A DNA stretch of 61,382 nucleotides, filler included, from Basidioascus undulatus (Eukaryota): NCBI GenBank assembly GCA_000826855.1. It is 4 parts of 4 records of this genome, joined end to end, with 100 filler letters (N's around TTAATTAATTAA, not from the genome) between each part and the next. Parts side by side here need not be neighbours in the genome. Positions count along the whole stretch, not along the records: positions 30,770 to 46,037 come from JTLS01000652.1; positions 46,138 to 61,382 come from JTLS01000653.1; 2 more parts are not named here. One strand, 5' to 3'. Below are positions 36,880-48,500 of the stretch, in pieces. Each line of letters begins with the position of its first letter. The first letter of the stretch is position 1. Under the pieces are notes generated by a model. The model had not been told where the DNA came from. It saw nothing but the letters and a program-made list of their open reading frames with translations, and did not search any database. The translations under genes and the position numbers were made by a program.

Positions 36880-38890
36880 GATAGTCTAGCACCATCTCTT
36901 TCCCTCTGCCGACGCTACGGAGATCTCCGAGCCTCTCCCTTCTCACTGATGCGTCATATTTGGCAGACATAGCTCGGTACAGGCAGGGTGCTCTGTCAGC
37001 AGCCTCCCTGCCTGGATCGCGGTCCATCAGTTCGGCCACTGCCAGCTCTCAGTGTATGTCAACAACAATTTTGGCATCAAGCATGCAACTAACCTCATCC
37101 GCTACAAGGGAATCCACTGCTCCCGGACGCAGTCCAGCCTCCTCTTCATGTGGGACTACCTCGGTGTCCCCTGGGAGGAGGAGAAGCAGCTCTTCAGCCT
37201 GGAGGTCGAGGTCACTCCTTGTCTCTACCTGTGACTTTGCCATCACTGTCCATATCCAAGCCACTCCAATCTTGTCACTATAGTCTGCAAGTTCCTTGGC
37301 CACCCCATGCGCGAGCTGCCGCTTGTCAAGTGGCAGCAGCTCCTTGGTCATGCGAACTCGTTCCTGAATGCGGCGCCATGGGCCCACCTGGCGCTCACCA
37401 AGATGTACCTCAAGACCGCCAGCCTCACAATGCGCTCTCTCAGTGTCCCGATCAACGCCACCAGCTGTGCTGACCTCAAGTGGTTCCTCATGACCCTCGC
37501 ATCCTTGCTGGGTGTGCACATGCTCACGACGCTTGTCTAGGAGCCAAGTGAGGTGGACTGGTGGTGACGTGTGACATGTGCATGTCAGTGACAGGGGCAG
37601 ACACGCCTGCCAACATTTTCTTCCATGAGTCAGTCACTGACCTTGCTGCGATTGAGTATGGCACCTGCCACCGCTTCTCCGTCTGCCACCTCATGGTCTT
37701 CACCGATGGGATGGACATGATCAACACTTTTCAACTCCCTCCGTGGGTCCAGTGTCATCAACGAAATGCTCTGCTCTGCCAGCGCTCTCCTCAACGCAGT
37801 GCACATTGATTTGCATTTTCCACATCCACGGTACTGCCAACCCTGTCAGTGACACCCTCTCCTGCTTTAACTTTGACATGGTCAGCATGATTGCCCCCCA
37901 CCTCTCCATCTCCCCATATCCCACCCCTGTCAGCATCTCAAAGGTGAGCACCATGCTTTTAGGGTCTGGAGGTGGGCAGGGTCTGTCGGTACCCTGCATG
38001 CTGATAGAATGTCACTGACCTGCGCACGTGAGTGGGCCCACTCCAAGTCCTCTCACCCAAGTCCTCTCACTTGACCCCTCCACACCTGCCATGTACACCA
38101 AAGGTGCCTATGACTACTTCTGTTTTTGTGCCATGCACAACCTCGACGCCAACCCCACCGTCAGCATGCTCTCCCTCCACATTGTCCTTCACCTGCAAGT
38201 ACGTTGCTTCCGCCAACAAGTACTTGACTGGCCTGCGCCAACACCTCCTCCCACTCTACCCCCACTTCAATGAAATCCACCAGCACCCAGACATCCAGTC
38301 TGTGATTGTCAGCACCAAGAAATGGCAAGGCAACGCTGTCTTGTGCAGAGTATCCCCTGCATCCGTCACCTCCTCCTTGTCATCACCCATGCCTTCTCCT
38401 CCCGCCACTACAACGACATGCTTTTTGCCATGTTGCCGCATTTTTTTGGCATGCACCATGTTGGCAAGCTCATATGGCCATCCACATGCAGAGAGCGCAA
38501 CTGGAGGAAGGTTGTCAAGTGCTGGTCCCTTACACTCTCAGTGAGGACGTTCAAGTACAAGCTGCCATACCACAAGACTGACAAGAACTTCTGCAGGTTG
38601 CATGTCATCCTACAGCAACAGTCAGGCAAGCTTGACCCCATCACATCCCTCTGGTCCTTCCTCTCCCTCCACAACAAGACCATTGGTGCCACTGCTCCGC
38701 TCTTCACTTATGCTGACAGGTCTGTACCAACATGATCCTGGTTTGACACGTGTTTATGTGCCTTCTTCCAGTGGGAGTTTACTGGGCACAGCCTGAGGTC
38801 CAGTGGTGCGACCTACCTCACCAAGCTCAGCATCCCAGGTGAGATCATTGCCACACTTGGGTAATGGTCCTCTGAGGCATTCAATCAACA
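36880..38890 (+). mobile_element. Degenerate tyrosine-recombinase retrotransposon (DIRS/Ngaro-like): RT-RNaseH remnant plus YR
   Basis: YVNN (from YVDD), WDYLGVPWEEEKQ, WQQLLGHAN, CDMC (from CDAC), VFTD, HIHGTANPVSDTLS. Then YR motifs FFGMHHVGKL, LPYHKTD, GHSLRSSGAT, G*WSSEAF. Many stops and frameshifts; ends not defined. Confidence 0.88.
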
Positions 38891-40663
38891 CCAACACTGC
38901 CTTCCTGCCGCTCTGCGCCCCAGTGTCAACGCCTCAGTCCTCTGATTGCTGTCCACAAGCCTCCACATCTACGCATCATCTACACCACCAGCCCACCCCC
39001 CAGCTTCTCCTACACCTCCTCTCTGGCCATTGGCTTCTCAATCATTGCCATGCAGCTGCCAATTGCGAGTGCGGATTGGGCCGCAGGAGCTGCATCGGCG
39101 CCTTGCGAACTTCCCCTCGCGGCCAGTCTTCCTGCTACTCCACTTGTGTGCCTCATATGACCTGTGCAAGGTGGCAGGTGCGTCAGGATTTTCCTTCCAA
39201 CTGGCTGTAGGGGACGCTGTTGAGTTTCACGGATGAGGTCAGCAGCCCCGTCAAACCGCGGTTTGTGTTCTTCCTCTTCTGCATTTCCCCATTTCCTTCA
39301 CCATTTCCTCGATCCCTTCCGTGCTTGTACTGCTCAACTACCCGCAGTGACTTGCCAATAGTCGTCGTCCGAGTTGGGACTGTCGTACTGAAGCCAAACT
39401 AAGTTCACTGGCCCGTCGCAGCTCGAACTTGGATGCTACCGTCCTCGTCCTCTTGATTGTGCTCCTCGAACGAGACCGATCTCACCTCGCGCCTGAAAGA
39501 CACTGCAGCTGCGCGAAAGCATGCCGAACGAATCGACATCGGGGACTTGCGGAGCTGCCTTGACTCGCTTTTGTCGCTGCGGAGGCGCGCAAGCTCTTGC
39601 CCAAATGGAGGACACGTCCAGTGAACTCGGCTTCGCACTTCGGCCCCAGGAGAAGCAAACTCAGATTCCGCAATTGGGTCGAGAGTATCACCAAGCTCGC
39701 CCTCGAAATGCTTCCTACCACCGCGAGTTCTCATCGATGCAGCGATGCGTGACAGCGCTCCTCGAGGCTGAAGTGCGCCTCCACGATGTTTCGAGCACAA
39801 TTGTCGTTTGGAGCCTTTTCATGCACAAATCCTGGTTCTCCCAATTGCAGCACCTCTACGCCCGTCAACTCAGTAATATCAAGGCCTAAATCTTTCTCTA
39901 CACAAGTTTGGTGAGCGCTAATGCAGCTTCCGCAACAGCCTCTACTCGTTCCTCAAGCGGAGCATCGCTTCCGCAAAAGTCTCGCATATGGAAGTCTTTG
40001 ATGCCCACGTTGCAGATATCTCCAAGAAGATCAACGGTGCTCTTATGTAATACACCTACCCCTTTGTGATACTTTGTCCTGGCTACATCCGATGATGTCC
40101 CTTCCACCAGATCCCGCTGCTTAATGGAGTACCTTCATCCGCTCACCAAGCTCGTTGAGCTCAACTTCGATTACTCCCAGTCATTCCTCAAGCCACAAGC
40201 TTCCCCTGACGTGACAGACCTTCTGTCAACTCCCAGCTTTGTCGAGAAGTAGTTGGGAGTTGGAGATGTAGTGGCATTGGAGGCGTATGCGAGCAAGGAG
40301 GATGCGGTAAAAGGAACCTGATGATCCAGCGTCGCGCACAACCGGAAGCGGATCAGGTTCAGCGTGCGCCTTCCCGTGTCCCAGATCATTACCATTTCCT
40401 GTAAGAGAGAAAAATATCTTATATTTATGGATCCAATGTGTCGACAGATTATTTACGGTCTTACAAGTTAACTGCGCGTTACTAACAGAAGCTCGAGAGT
40501 CTTGGACCACCTCTGTGGACAGAAGCGAGCCTGCAGAGTCATGCAAAGAAACCACATCAGTAAGTTCTATACTCCAGATAATTCGTCCAAGATCAATACG
40601 GTAAGAATTTGTTAGAAAGCTTTTAAATGCTACAGCCTTCGCCCGCTGCGCCGACCAAATCTC

Positions 40664-41301
40664 TCATTTCCCGATCTTCCCCGTAACCGCAAAGTCGACC
40701 TCCGCAAGCAGACCATCCACCACGGTGATGATGTCCCACCCTCCAAGTAGCCACCTTCCTGTGTCCGGCATGTCCGCGATGTCAAGCAAGAACTGCGAGG
40801 CGGTCGCGAGTCCGAGCGTGAGCAGCGCTTCGCGGTCGAATGCCGTGTCCCCCTTTGTCTCGGGAAGAGCGGGAGGGGGTGAGGACTTCTTAATGGGCAG
40901 GATACTGAGCCACCGGCGGAGGTGGAACGCCAGGCGCAGAACCTCGAGGAGCGCGACGGAGGCGTTGAACCCGCGCAGGAAACGGAGGATGTCGAGCGTG
41001 TGCGGGATGTGGACGGGTCGCGGAGAGTCGAGCTAGATGGTTGAATGAGGGATTTGGTAGTTCTGTGACCCGGACTCTTAGGTAGGAGATCTATTTGGGC
41101 GCATTACTTCTTCAATCCCGCGGCCTTTGAAGGAAGTAGTACGCTGCCGCCAGAAACCAGCTGGCGTTCTGTTGAACAGACAAGCAGACCGTCATACTGT
41201 CAGTCATTTCCGCCAATTCTGTAATTGAAATCCGGGTGTACCCCTGCATATACAACGCTCAGTGAAGCGGAAGAAGAAGAGGGCTTGAAGAGGCTCGACA
41301 T
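40664..41301 (-). CDS. Hypothetical protein; 123-codon terminal exon 41032-40664 missed by the ORF track
   Basis: Open frame after an AG acceptor: LDSPRPVHIPHTLDILRFLRGFNASVALLEVLRLAFHLRRW...LLAEVDFAVTGKIGK*, with GC-ending codons. 5' exons from MSSLFKP (41301) could not be joined cleanly. Confidence 0.45.
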
Positions 41302-41382
41302 GCTGGGAGGTCGTGAATGTGTGAGAGGCGGATAGGCTAAGATAAAGGTGAAGCAGGGGTCAACTGATATGTTCCCAGGAAA

Positions 41383-41472
41383 GCGGTATTGAGTAACAGG
41401 ATGAAAACGTATGCGGTATTGAGTAACAGGATGAAAACGTATGCGGTATTGAGTAACAGGATGGAAACGTAT
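41383..41472. repeat. 30-bp x3 tandem repeat
   Basis: GCGGTATTGAGTAACAGGATGAAAACGTAT three times, one substitution in copy 3, no spacers. Confidence 0.95.
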
Positions 41473-42734
41473 GACAGCTAAGCGGTGTGGCCGCGCACTT
41501 TCACAAGCCGATCGTCCACAAGCTGAACGCCGAACGCCGAGGTCGGGGGTAGGCAAGGTAACCGCTAAATCAATTTTCTCACTTATAAGTGCCTTTTAGG
41601 TTGGGCTGATGGACATGGAAGGTATGATGAGAGGCTGGAACCCGATAAACGCTTGGAGAGAAAGAGTCGAGTATGACAGTCGAGCTGGAGAGCTATGAAC
41701 TCGACGAGATTGCATGCAGGACCAGCCACTTGGACAAGAACTTTTAGGTAAAACATTAGGGAAAAAAAGAACTTAAAGCAACATGTATCGTGAATAACAG
41801 GCATCATTATCCTTCCCGGCCCACACAAACATTAAGAAAAGAGAGCAACGGCAACGGCTCGCCCGCAAGGAATGGGCCTGCTTTCTCCACTTGCCCTGTC
41901 AATCTCCGTCCGAGCTAGCCAACTTGATGCTGCGCTCAATGGACTCCACACGAGATTCAAGAGTCCTCCATACCATGCCGTCTGGGTTGGAAGGATCGAG
42001 AAGAGGCAGGTTGTCGAGGTCGTCGGACCAGACTCTTCTAGGAGACCAGCTCGACGCGGCGGACGAACTGACTCTCATGCACGGAGCTGAACCAACCAGA
42101 ACCGCTCCAGATTGAGGGGCTATGTAGGGTGACGGTGCGTACCCGTAAAGCTGCGAAGTTCAGCGGCGCCCTAGGACGCGGCGGGAGTCCTGAACATGTG
42201 AGTGAAGGTTTCCATAAACTTCAGAGTGTGACGCGGCACCTGCTGCTCATGCGGTCAACTCTCATTTGCAACACTGCTCGCTCATCAAGCAGGGACGATC
42301 CCTTCTCCCACCAAATCTTGAGTGTTTTTTAGCAATAAGTTGCGCCGTGAGTACCTTTACACTGTCCAACCGTGATGGGGCTGGCGCCTACAGGGCAGTG
42401 CCCACTGAGGCTCGTCACCACTGGAACAACTGATTAAGCCTTTATTCGTACCTGCAGCTAACAAGAGCTTCATTCTAATTCGATTTCCTGCATTCCCCTT
42501 CCTGGCAAGAAGAATCGTTGTGCCACGGTGTAAGGCAGGAAGCCAAGAGGAGTTGTCTGGCCGGAATATCCTTGACTGGTCCGTGGTTCGTCCCTCCCCT
42601 TCCCGGCCTGCGCGCTCAGGTGCCTCGCCGGCAGCTCCTCTCGTACAACATCCAAGCCCCCTCCTACCTTCTCCCTTCCTCCCCCCACCTTGTCTCCTCT
42701 TTCCCCTTTACCGCCCTCCTCCTACTGTGGCGGA

Positions 42735-44184
42735 ATGGAGACCCCGCACGACCCGTCTTCGCAGCTGATCCTGCGGCTGAACCTCGACCTGCGCGGCTCG
42801 CGCTTCACCGTCGAGCGCGAGACGCTCATGAACCTCCCCGAGAGCGTCCTCCTCTGCCTCTTCCCCAACGGGCTCGTCCTCTCCCGCCAGGCGGGCGAGG
42901 GCGCGGACGGCGAGGAGGAGGAGGAGGACGTGTATTTCGTTGATGTACGCCCGTCCCTCTTCTCGGTCGACGCATGGAACGCCAGGCTGACACGGACGAG
43001 GCGCAGTTCGACCCGCGCTGCTTCGCCTTCGTGCTCGACTTCTTCAAGAAGTCCTCGGAGGACTTCTACGGCACGCCGACACAGCCGGGGATATTCCATC
43101 TGCAGCAGGCGCTGCTGTCCCCGTCCTCGCCTGGAGCGGACCCCGCGCACCTCGCGTACGAGCAGCAGAACCCGCTGTTGACGAAGCAGGCGATCATCGT
43201 TCTCCGCGAGGAGCTCGAGTACTTCGCGATTCCGCCCAAGGACGGCGCGGCGCGCACCCTCACCGATGGGAGCGCCAACAACGCGCTCGCAGACCTTAAG
43301 AGGGATGCGGGGCGCGAGTTGCTCGCGAGGACAAAGATCTTTACGGCCCTGCAGAGGAACGTGAATAAGGAGAATAATATCGCGGAGCAGCATCTGATCG
43401 ATATGCTGTGTATGAGGTGCGTCTTTGGGCGAGGGTGGGAGGAGCCGGAGCCGTCGTGACGTAGGCTAATGCGATGGTGGTGGTGGTTCTGGTGGTGGTG
43501 GTGGTGACGGGCAGTGGGTTCAACCGCGACGATGCGTGGGGGTACCGCGCGCTCGAGCCCGCGCGCTGCTGCATCGCGTCCATCGCGCTCGTCCTCCTCA
43601 ACACCGGCGTCGTCCACCACGAGGATGGCCGCCGGCCCGAGATCGACCGCGAGCAGATGCAGACGGCCCAGAAGCTGCTTCTGTTCTGGCGGAAACCGGC
43701 TGTGGGTCCCCGCTTCTTCCTCCTCCCCATCTTCTTCCCCTATCCCCCATCCCATCGCCCCCTCCTATTCCTCACATCACCCCATCCCACACCCTTAACA
43801 ACTCCTCTCCCACCTCACTTTCTACCCCTCTTCTCTCTCGCCGAAACTGACTTTTCCGGCCGCACAGCGCAAATGCTGGTGGGACGGTGTCGACGTCGCG
43901 CTGAACAGCGAAGACTCGTCAGAGGCTCCCGCAGACGCGCCCGCCAACGCAGCCGCAGCAGCGACGGAAGCAGCGGAGGCGGGCGAGGCCGGGAAGAAGG
44001 TCGACGAGGACGCGCCGCCCACCGAGGAGGCCGTCAAGGCGGGCAAGACGGTCCGCGTGTGGGCGAGGAGGGTGTGGACGCTGGAGTTGTCGCTGGTACG
44101 TTACGTTGTATTGTGTGCGGGCTCGTGTGTGGGGGAGGTGGGCGGGGCGCTGACTGGGGCGCGGGGCGATTGATGCAGATCTGA
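42735..44184 (+). CDS. WHI2: Whi2-like BTB/KCTD protein (stress and growth regulator)
   Basis: LDLRGSRFTVERETLMNLPESVLLCLFPNG, FDPRCF, IIVLREELEYF, EQHLIDMLC, WGYRALEP, KLLLFWRKPARKCWWD, RRVWTLELSLI*. Confidence 0.93.
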
Positions 44185-45421
44185 GCTTGCCAGCCACCGC
44201 CCGACCGCTCTCCCACATGCCCGTCTTATATCCTTCCCGCCGTACTCCCGACCGTCTCTCTCCACCTTCACCCCTCGCCCCTCCCTCCCGCTCATCCACA
44301 TCTCCGCTCATTTCACCCTATCTGCATCCACCCCCCTCCCTCTCGAGTATCTCATTCACATCCCACACGTTCTCGCACTCACCTCGTCTCATCTCATCTC
44401 GTTCCGTTCCGTTTCAGTTCAGTCTCGCACACAAAGATACCCCACTTTCTCTTACTCGACTTACGCTACACTACACTATCCTGCTTGCCTGCCATTTGAT
44501 TGATTGATGTCTGTAATATCTACGCCTACACGTTCAGGCTTGTGTTTCTTGCTGCCTGCAGATGTGAGAAAGTGCCCGTGCCCAGCTGCGACATGCGAGG
44601 GTCGGCAAAGGCTCGTGTGTTGATGGAAGACCAGCCGTCCAAGCGTAACACACCCACGAGCCCGAGAACGGACGATGCAGCTGGACTTCCCAACACCTCG
44701 GAGAGACTTCGACCATCCCTCCAAGGGTCGATCGAGCAAGATCGAGCAAGGTCGGTCGAAGTTCCACTCCGCCCTGGTGCCTGCCAACCGCCGCTTGTCC
44801 GCCGTGCAGTCTTGCGCTTTCATATGATAGTTGCTAGTCGCTTCTTGTCTCTGCTCCACCACCCAGCAGCGTCTTCGTCCTTCGCCTTCACCTCCTCACT
44901 CTCCCACATCTTCTCCCCTGATCAGAGGAGCATCGCGAGGTGGCGGATCAATAGGTGAGTTGTTGTTTTGGGGCACGAAGGCAGGTGAAAGGACGGGAGG
45001 AAAGAGGAAGAGGGAGATCGGCCCGGGGGTTTGGGTTACCTTCCGGTCGGGCGCGATGAGCGATGAGCGTTGAGCGAGCTTGTTCGGGGAACGAGGAGAT
45101 GGAATGGATAGATGGGGTTGATCATGGCGAGGTCGTTGTACTTGACATGCTAGCTCACACCGACGAACGCACGCAGACTGTAGACAGCCAAACGACCGCT
45201 GCACGGCCAGCAGCAGAACGCTCTCCTGCCTTCCTCGCTCGCCTCGCGCGCTCGCATCTCTTCTAATTGCGTCCCCCGCAAAACCCACTCTCATCCTCAT
45301 CCGCTCCGAAACACCCTCCGTGATCGGGCCTAACACAACCCCCTCCTCCGCACCCGGGCACGCCATCCCCCAACCGGATCCTTCCATCTTCGCCCGTCCG
45401 GGAACAAAAGCGCAGCCCAGG

Positions 45422-46037
45422 ATGCCTGGCCCGCGCGACCGCCGGCTCTCGCACTCGAGCCTGCAGCCGACGAGCGCGGATCTGCGCGCGTTCCAGCACC
45501 AGCAGCAGCAGCAGCGACGGAGGAGCAGTGGCTGGAGTCGCTTGAGCGCGACGACGTCGAGCAGCAGCGCGAGCGTGCATAGCGCGCAGCACCACGGGAC
45601 GCCGGCGGGGGAGGACGTTGAGAGTCTGGCGGTGCCCACTGCACCGGGGCAGAGAGAGGGGGAGAATCTGCAGGGGAGAAGCTTGTGAGTTGCATCGTTT
45701 TGGGATCGTTTGTGCTGCGAGGGAGATGCGGGCGTGCAGGAGTGGGATTGGGTGTTGTAGATGGCACGGGTGGGATGGGTCCGGCATACGTTGTGGAGCG
45801 TCTTGCGATGCGGGCGACGGTCTTTACATGTGTGCCGTCCAAACACCCAAGGATCAAACGGGGCCGAGGTCCTGAGGTCCTTATCTCTAATTGCGCGGGC
45901 GCCCACCCCTCAAGTCTTGCCTTTCCTCCTCTCATCCCACCCCCCTCCCCTCCCCCGCTCCTCCCACTGACATGCTCCCTCTCCCATGCCTTGCTGACGA
46001 CCCCCTGCAACGTAGGGATACCTCATCGCCGAATACC
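45422..46037 (+). CDS. First exon(s) of a gene truncated at the contig end
   Basis: MPGPRDRRLSHSSLQP...QQQQQRRRSSGWSRLS...GRS, then a GTGAGT donor near 45685 and a possible acceptor near 46014. Confidence 0.4.
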
Positions 46038-46137
46038 NNNNNNNNNNNNNNNNNNNNNNNNNNNNNNNNNNNNNNNNNNNNTTAATTAATTAANNNNNNN
46101 NNNNNNNNNNNNNNNNNNNNNNNNNNNNNNNNNNNNN
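46038..46137. other. Artificial contig linker
   Basis: N44-TTAATTAATTAA-N44. Confidence 0.98.
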
Positions 46138-46155
46138 CGTGTGCTCTTCCGATCT
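46138..46155 (+). other. Untrimmed Illumina TruSeq adapter
   Basis: CGTGTGCTCTTCCGATCT, the 3' end of the TruSeq read-2 primer/adapter, at the contig start. Confidence 0.95.
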
Positions 46156-47672
46156 AATGCGGGGGGGGTAAGGGGAGCCGGAAGAGAAAGCGGCGGGGTC
46201 GAGAGGAGGGAGTGCGCGGGGGGTGACGGTCTGCCAGCTTGGCTGGAACGGCCCGGAGGGCACGGCGGGCGTGATCTCCGGGAGGGCGGTGTACTGGAGG
46301 TACGGCGCGCCGCCACGCTCGTAGAGCGCCCAGAGGGTCGGGTACGGGTTGAGTGCGGAGGGTGGGGAGACGCGGATGTCGCGGAGGTCGGCCGCAGGCT
46401 CTGCGTACCGCTCAGCGACGAGCGCGATCTCGCCGAGCACGCCGCTCTCGTCCGTCTCGACCGAGTAGACGAGGAAGATGGGCGCGACGTACTCGGGCAG
46501 GCAGACGACGACGTAGGCCGCGCCCTCGGCCTGCGCCGGATCGCTCACGACGCGGAGGAGCGTGCGAGGGTCGCCCGCGAGCGGGGACGCGTCCTCGGAC
46601 GCGGAGGAGAGCAGGATGGTGCGCACGCAGGCTTGGTGCACAAGCGACCAGATGCGCAGCTTGCGGTCCCGCGAGAGCGTGAATGCGTACGCGGCGGAGG
46701 CGGTGGTGAGGCCTGCGATGGAGAGCGCTTGGGTTGGGGAGAGATGCGCGGCAAGGGAAAGAGTGCGGGAGGAGCCGAGGGAGGGGAGGAGGGAGCGGAC
46801 GGAGGAGAGGATGGAGGATTGGCGTAGGGTCGCTTCGGACCATTGGTCTGCGGAAAAGGCATAAACAGCTAAAAAGGCGGCCAAGATGGGTGAAAGTGAG
46901 CGCACCATGGTAGAAGGAAAACAGTCCTCCCCCCTTCATCTCGCGCATCCCCCGAAGCTGCTCAAGCTTGACGAGCGTCCCATCCGTCATGCCCACGAGC
47001 ACCGTTCCCAGATCCACGACCTCCACCGTGCCCGGCGTCCGTCCCTCCGTCTCAACCGAGCGCAAGATGAACTCGCTCGCCCAGCCATCGGGGAGGGTCG
47101 CGCCCCAGCAGAGGGCGGGGAGGGCGAACGCGAGGCGGAAGAGCGACCCATCGGCGGTGAGGAGGATGATGTGCAGCGCCTCTGCCTCTGCATCGTGGAA
47201 GAGCCCGATGGAGGGGACCGCGGCTGCGGGGAGACGGAGGTGGACTGGCGGGAGGTTGGAGGGGAGTTTGGAGGACGCGGTGGTGCTGATGAGGGAGAGG
47301 GCGAGCACGGTGGACGAGGAGAGGAGCCGGGCGAGGATGAGCGTCGTGGGGTCGTCAGGGTGTGGGAGGGTGGTCGAGTTGGACGCGTGCACGTCGTCTG
47401 CCGAGGAGACGCTCGCATAGTTGTCTGCGGGCGCGGGCTGGCGCGAGGGGACGCTATACTCAACCGGCTGGGCAGACAGCGCGGAGAAGTGGGCCGTCTC
47501 CGTCGCCAGCGGGAGGAACGGATCGGAGACCTTCATTATCTCTGCGGAGGGCACGAGTGTCAGTATAAGCCCAGGTACGCAGCGGAGGGGGTCAGTCCCG
47601 GCCCTCCTGGCACCAGCGCTGCCGCCTGCGATCCTTCCGTTCCCTGACCGTCTCAAGCTTACCTTCGCCCAT
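46156..47672 (-). CDS. NUP160: Nucleoporin Nup120/Nup160, N-terminal beta-propeller region, truncated
   Basis: MG-intron-EIMKVSDPF...LHIILLTADGSLFRL...VLVGMTDGTLVKL...AFTLSRDRKLRIWSL...PTLWALY; D-x-KLRIWSL is typical of the family. Confidence 0.78.
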
Positions 47673-48500
47673 TTATTCCAATATCCGTTTCACCGCGTTG
47701 TAAAGTTTCCTGCAATGAAAGATACTTGTGAGCTGCGCGCCGAGCAGAGAAGACGCCTGGACCGGCTCGCGCACCTCAAAGGTCCGCGTGCGTCCAACCG
47801 CTCCTAGAGCCCGTTAATGGCCCCCGATTAGGACGTCTTTGGTGTGAAAGAGTTAAAGTGTGGTCGCGCTCAAGGCGCTGTGGGGCAGCGATGTTGAAGG
47901 CTGGACGCGAACGCGGTTGTGAGGTAAGGTCGCGCCTTACGCCCGAAAGAAACAGGGACGCCCCTTTCGGACAGTGAATTCGCCAGCCAGGTTACTAAAG
48001 CGTAGCCGGCGATTCGCAGCATGTTGACTGTACCTACTGAAATTTCACAAGAAGAAATTGCTCAAAAGCAATGACAGTTGCCCTACAGAAGGACAAGACG
48101 AAGTCAGAGAAGATGCTCCAAACGAGCCGTCGCTGCGACCTGAACAGCCTGCCGCCACTTCAAGTTGCCTTCCGTCCTTTCACCTTTTACCCTCTTCACC
48201 CGCCCTCACCCTTCCCAAGCTTCCTGTGCGTTATGGAACTCGTCAATTACCCTTCGAGGAACGATCACGCTTACAATCTTCACAAAATCCTCGTCTGATG
48301 CTCTTCGTCTTTCGGCTCTCTCGCTCGCTGTCGATCATCCCGAAAATTCGCACTCGCATCGAATGTCACTCGATCATCTTCGCCCTCGACCATCTCACAC
48401 TCACGCACGTCACTCAACCCTCGACACGGATTCTATTCCCATCCTCTCCATCGCGAACCCTTCATCCTCCAGCAGCAGCGCTGCCGCCCCTCACGCTAAG

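Noticed and set aside
41383..41472. 30-bp repeats as a CRISPR array
   Set aside because: The copies are head-to-tail with no spacers, there are no cas genes, and the context is eukaryotic.
48363..48500. In-frame upstream ATG extending Dph6 by 46 aa
   Set aside because: The sequence looks like a pyrimidine-rich leader, does not resemble a targeting peptide, and the family normally starts at the MxVVxLxSGGKDS motif.
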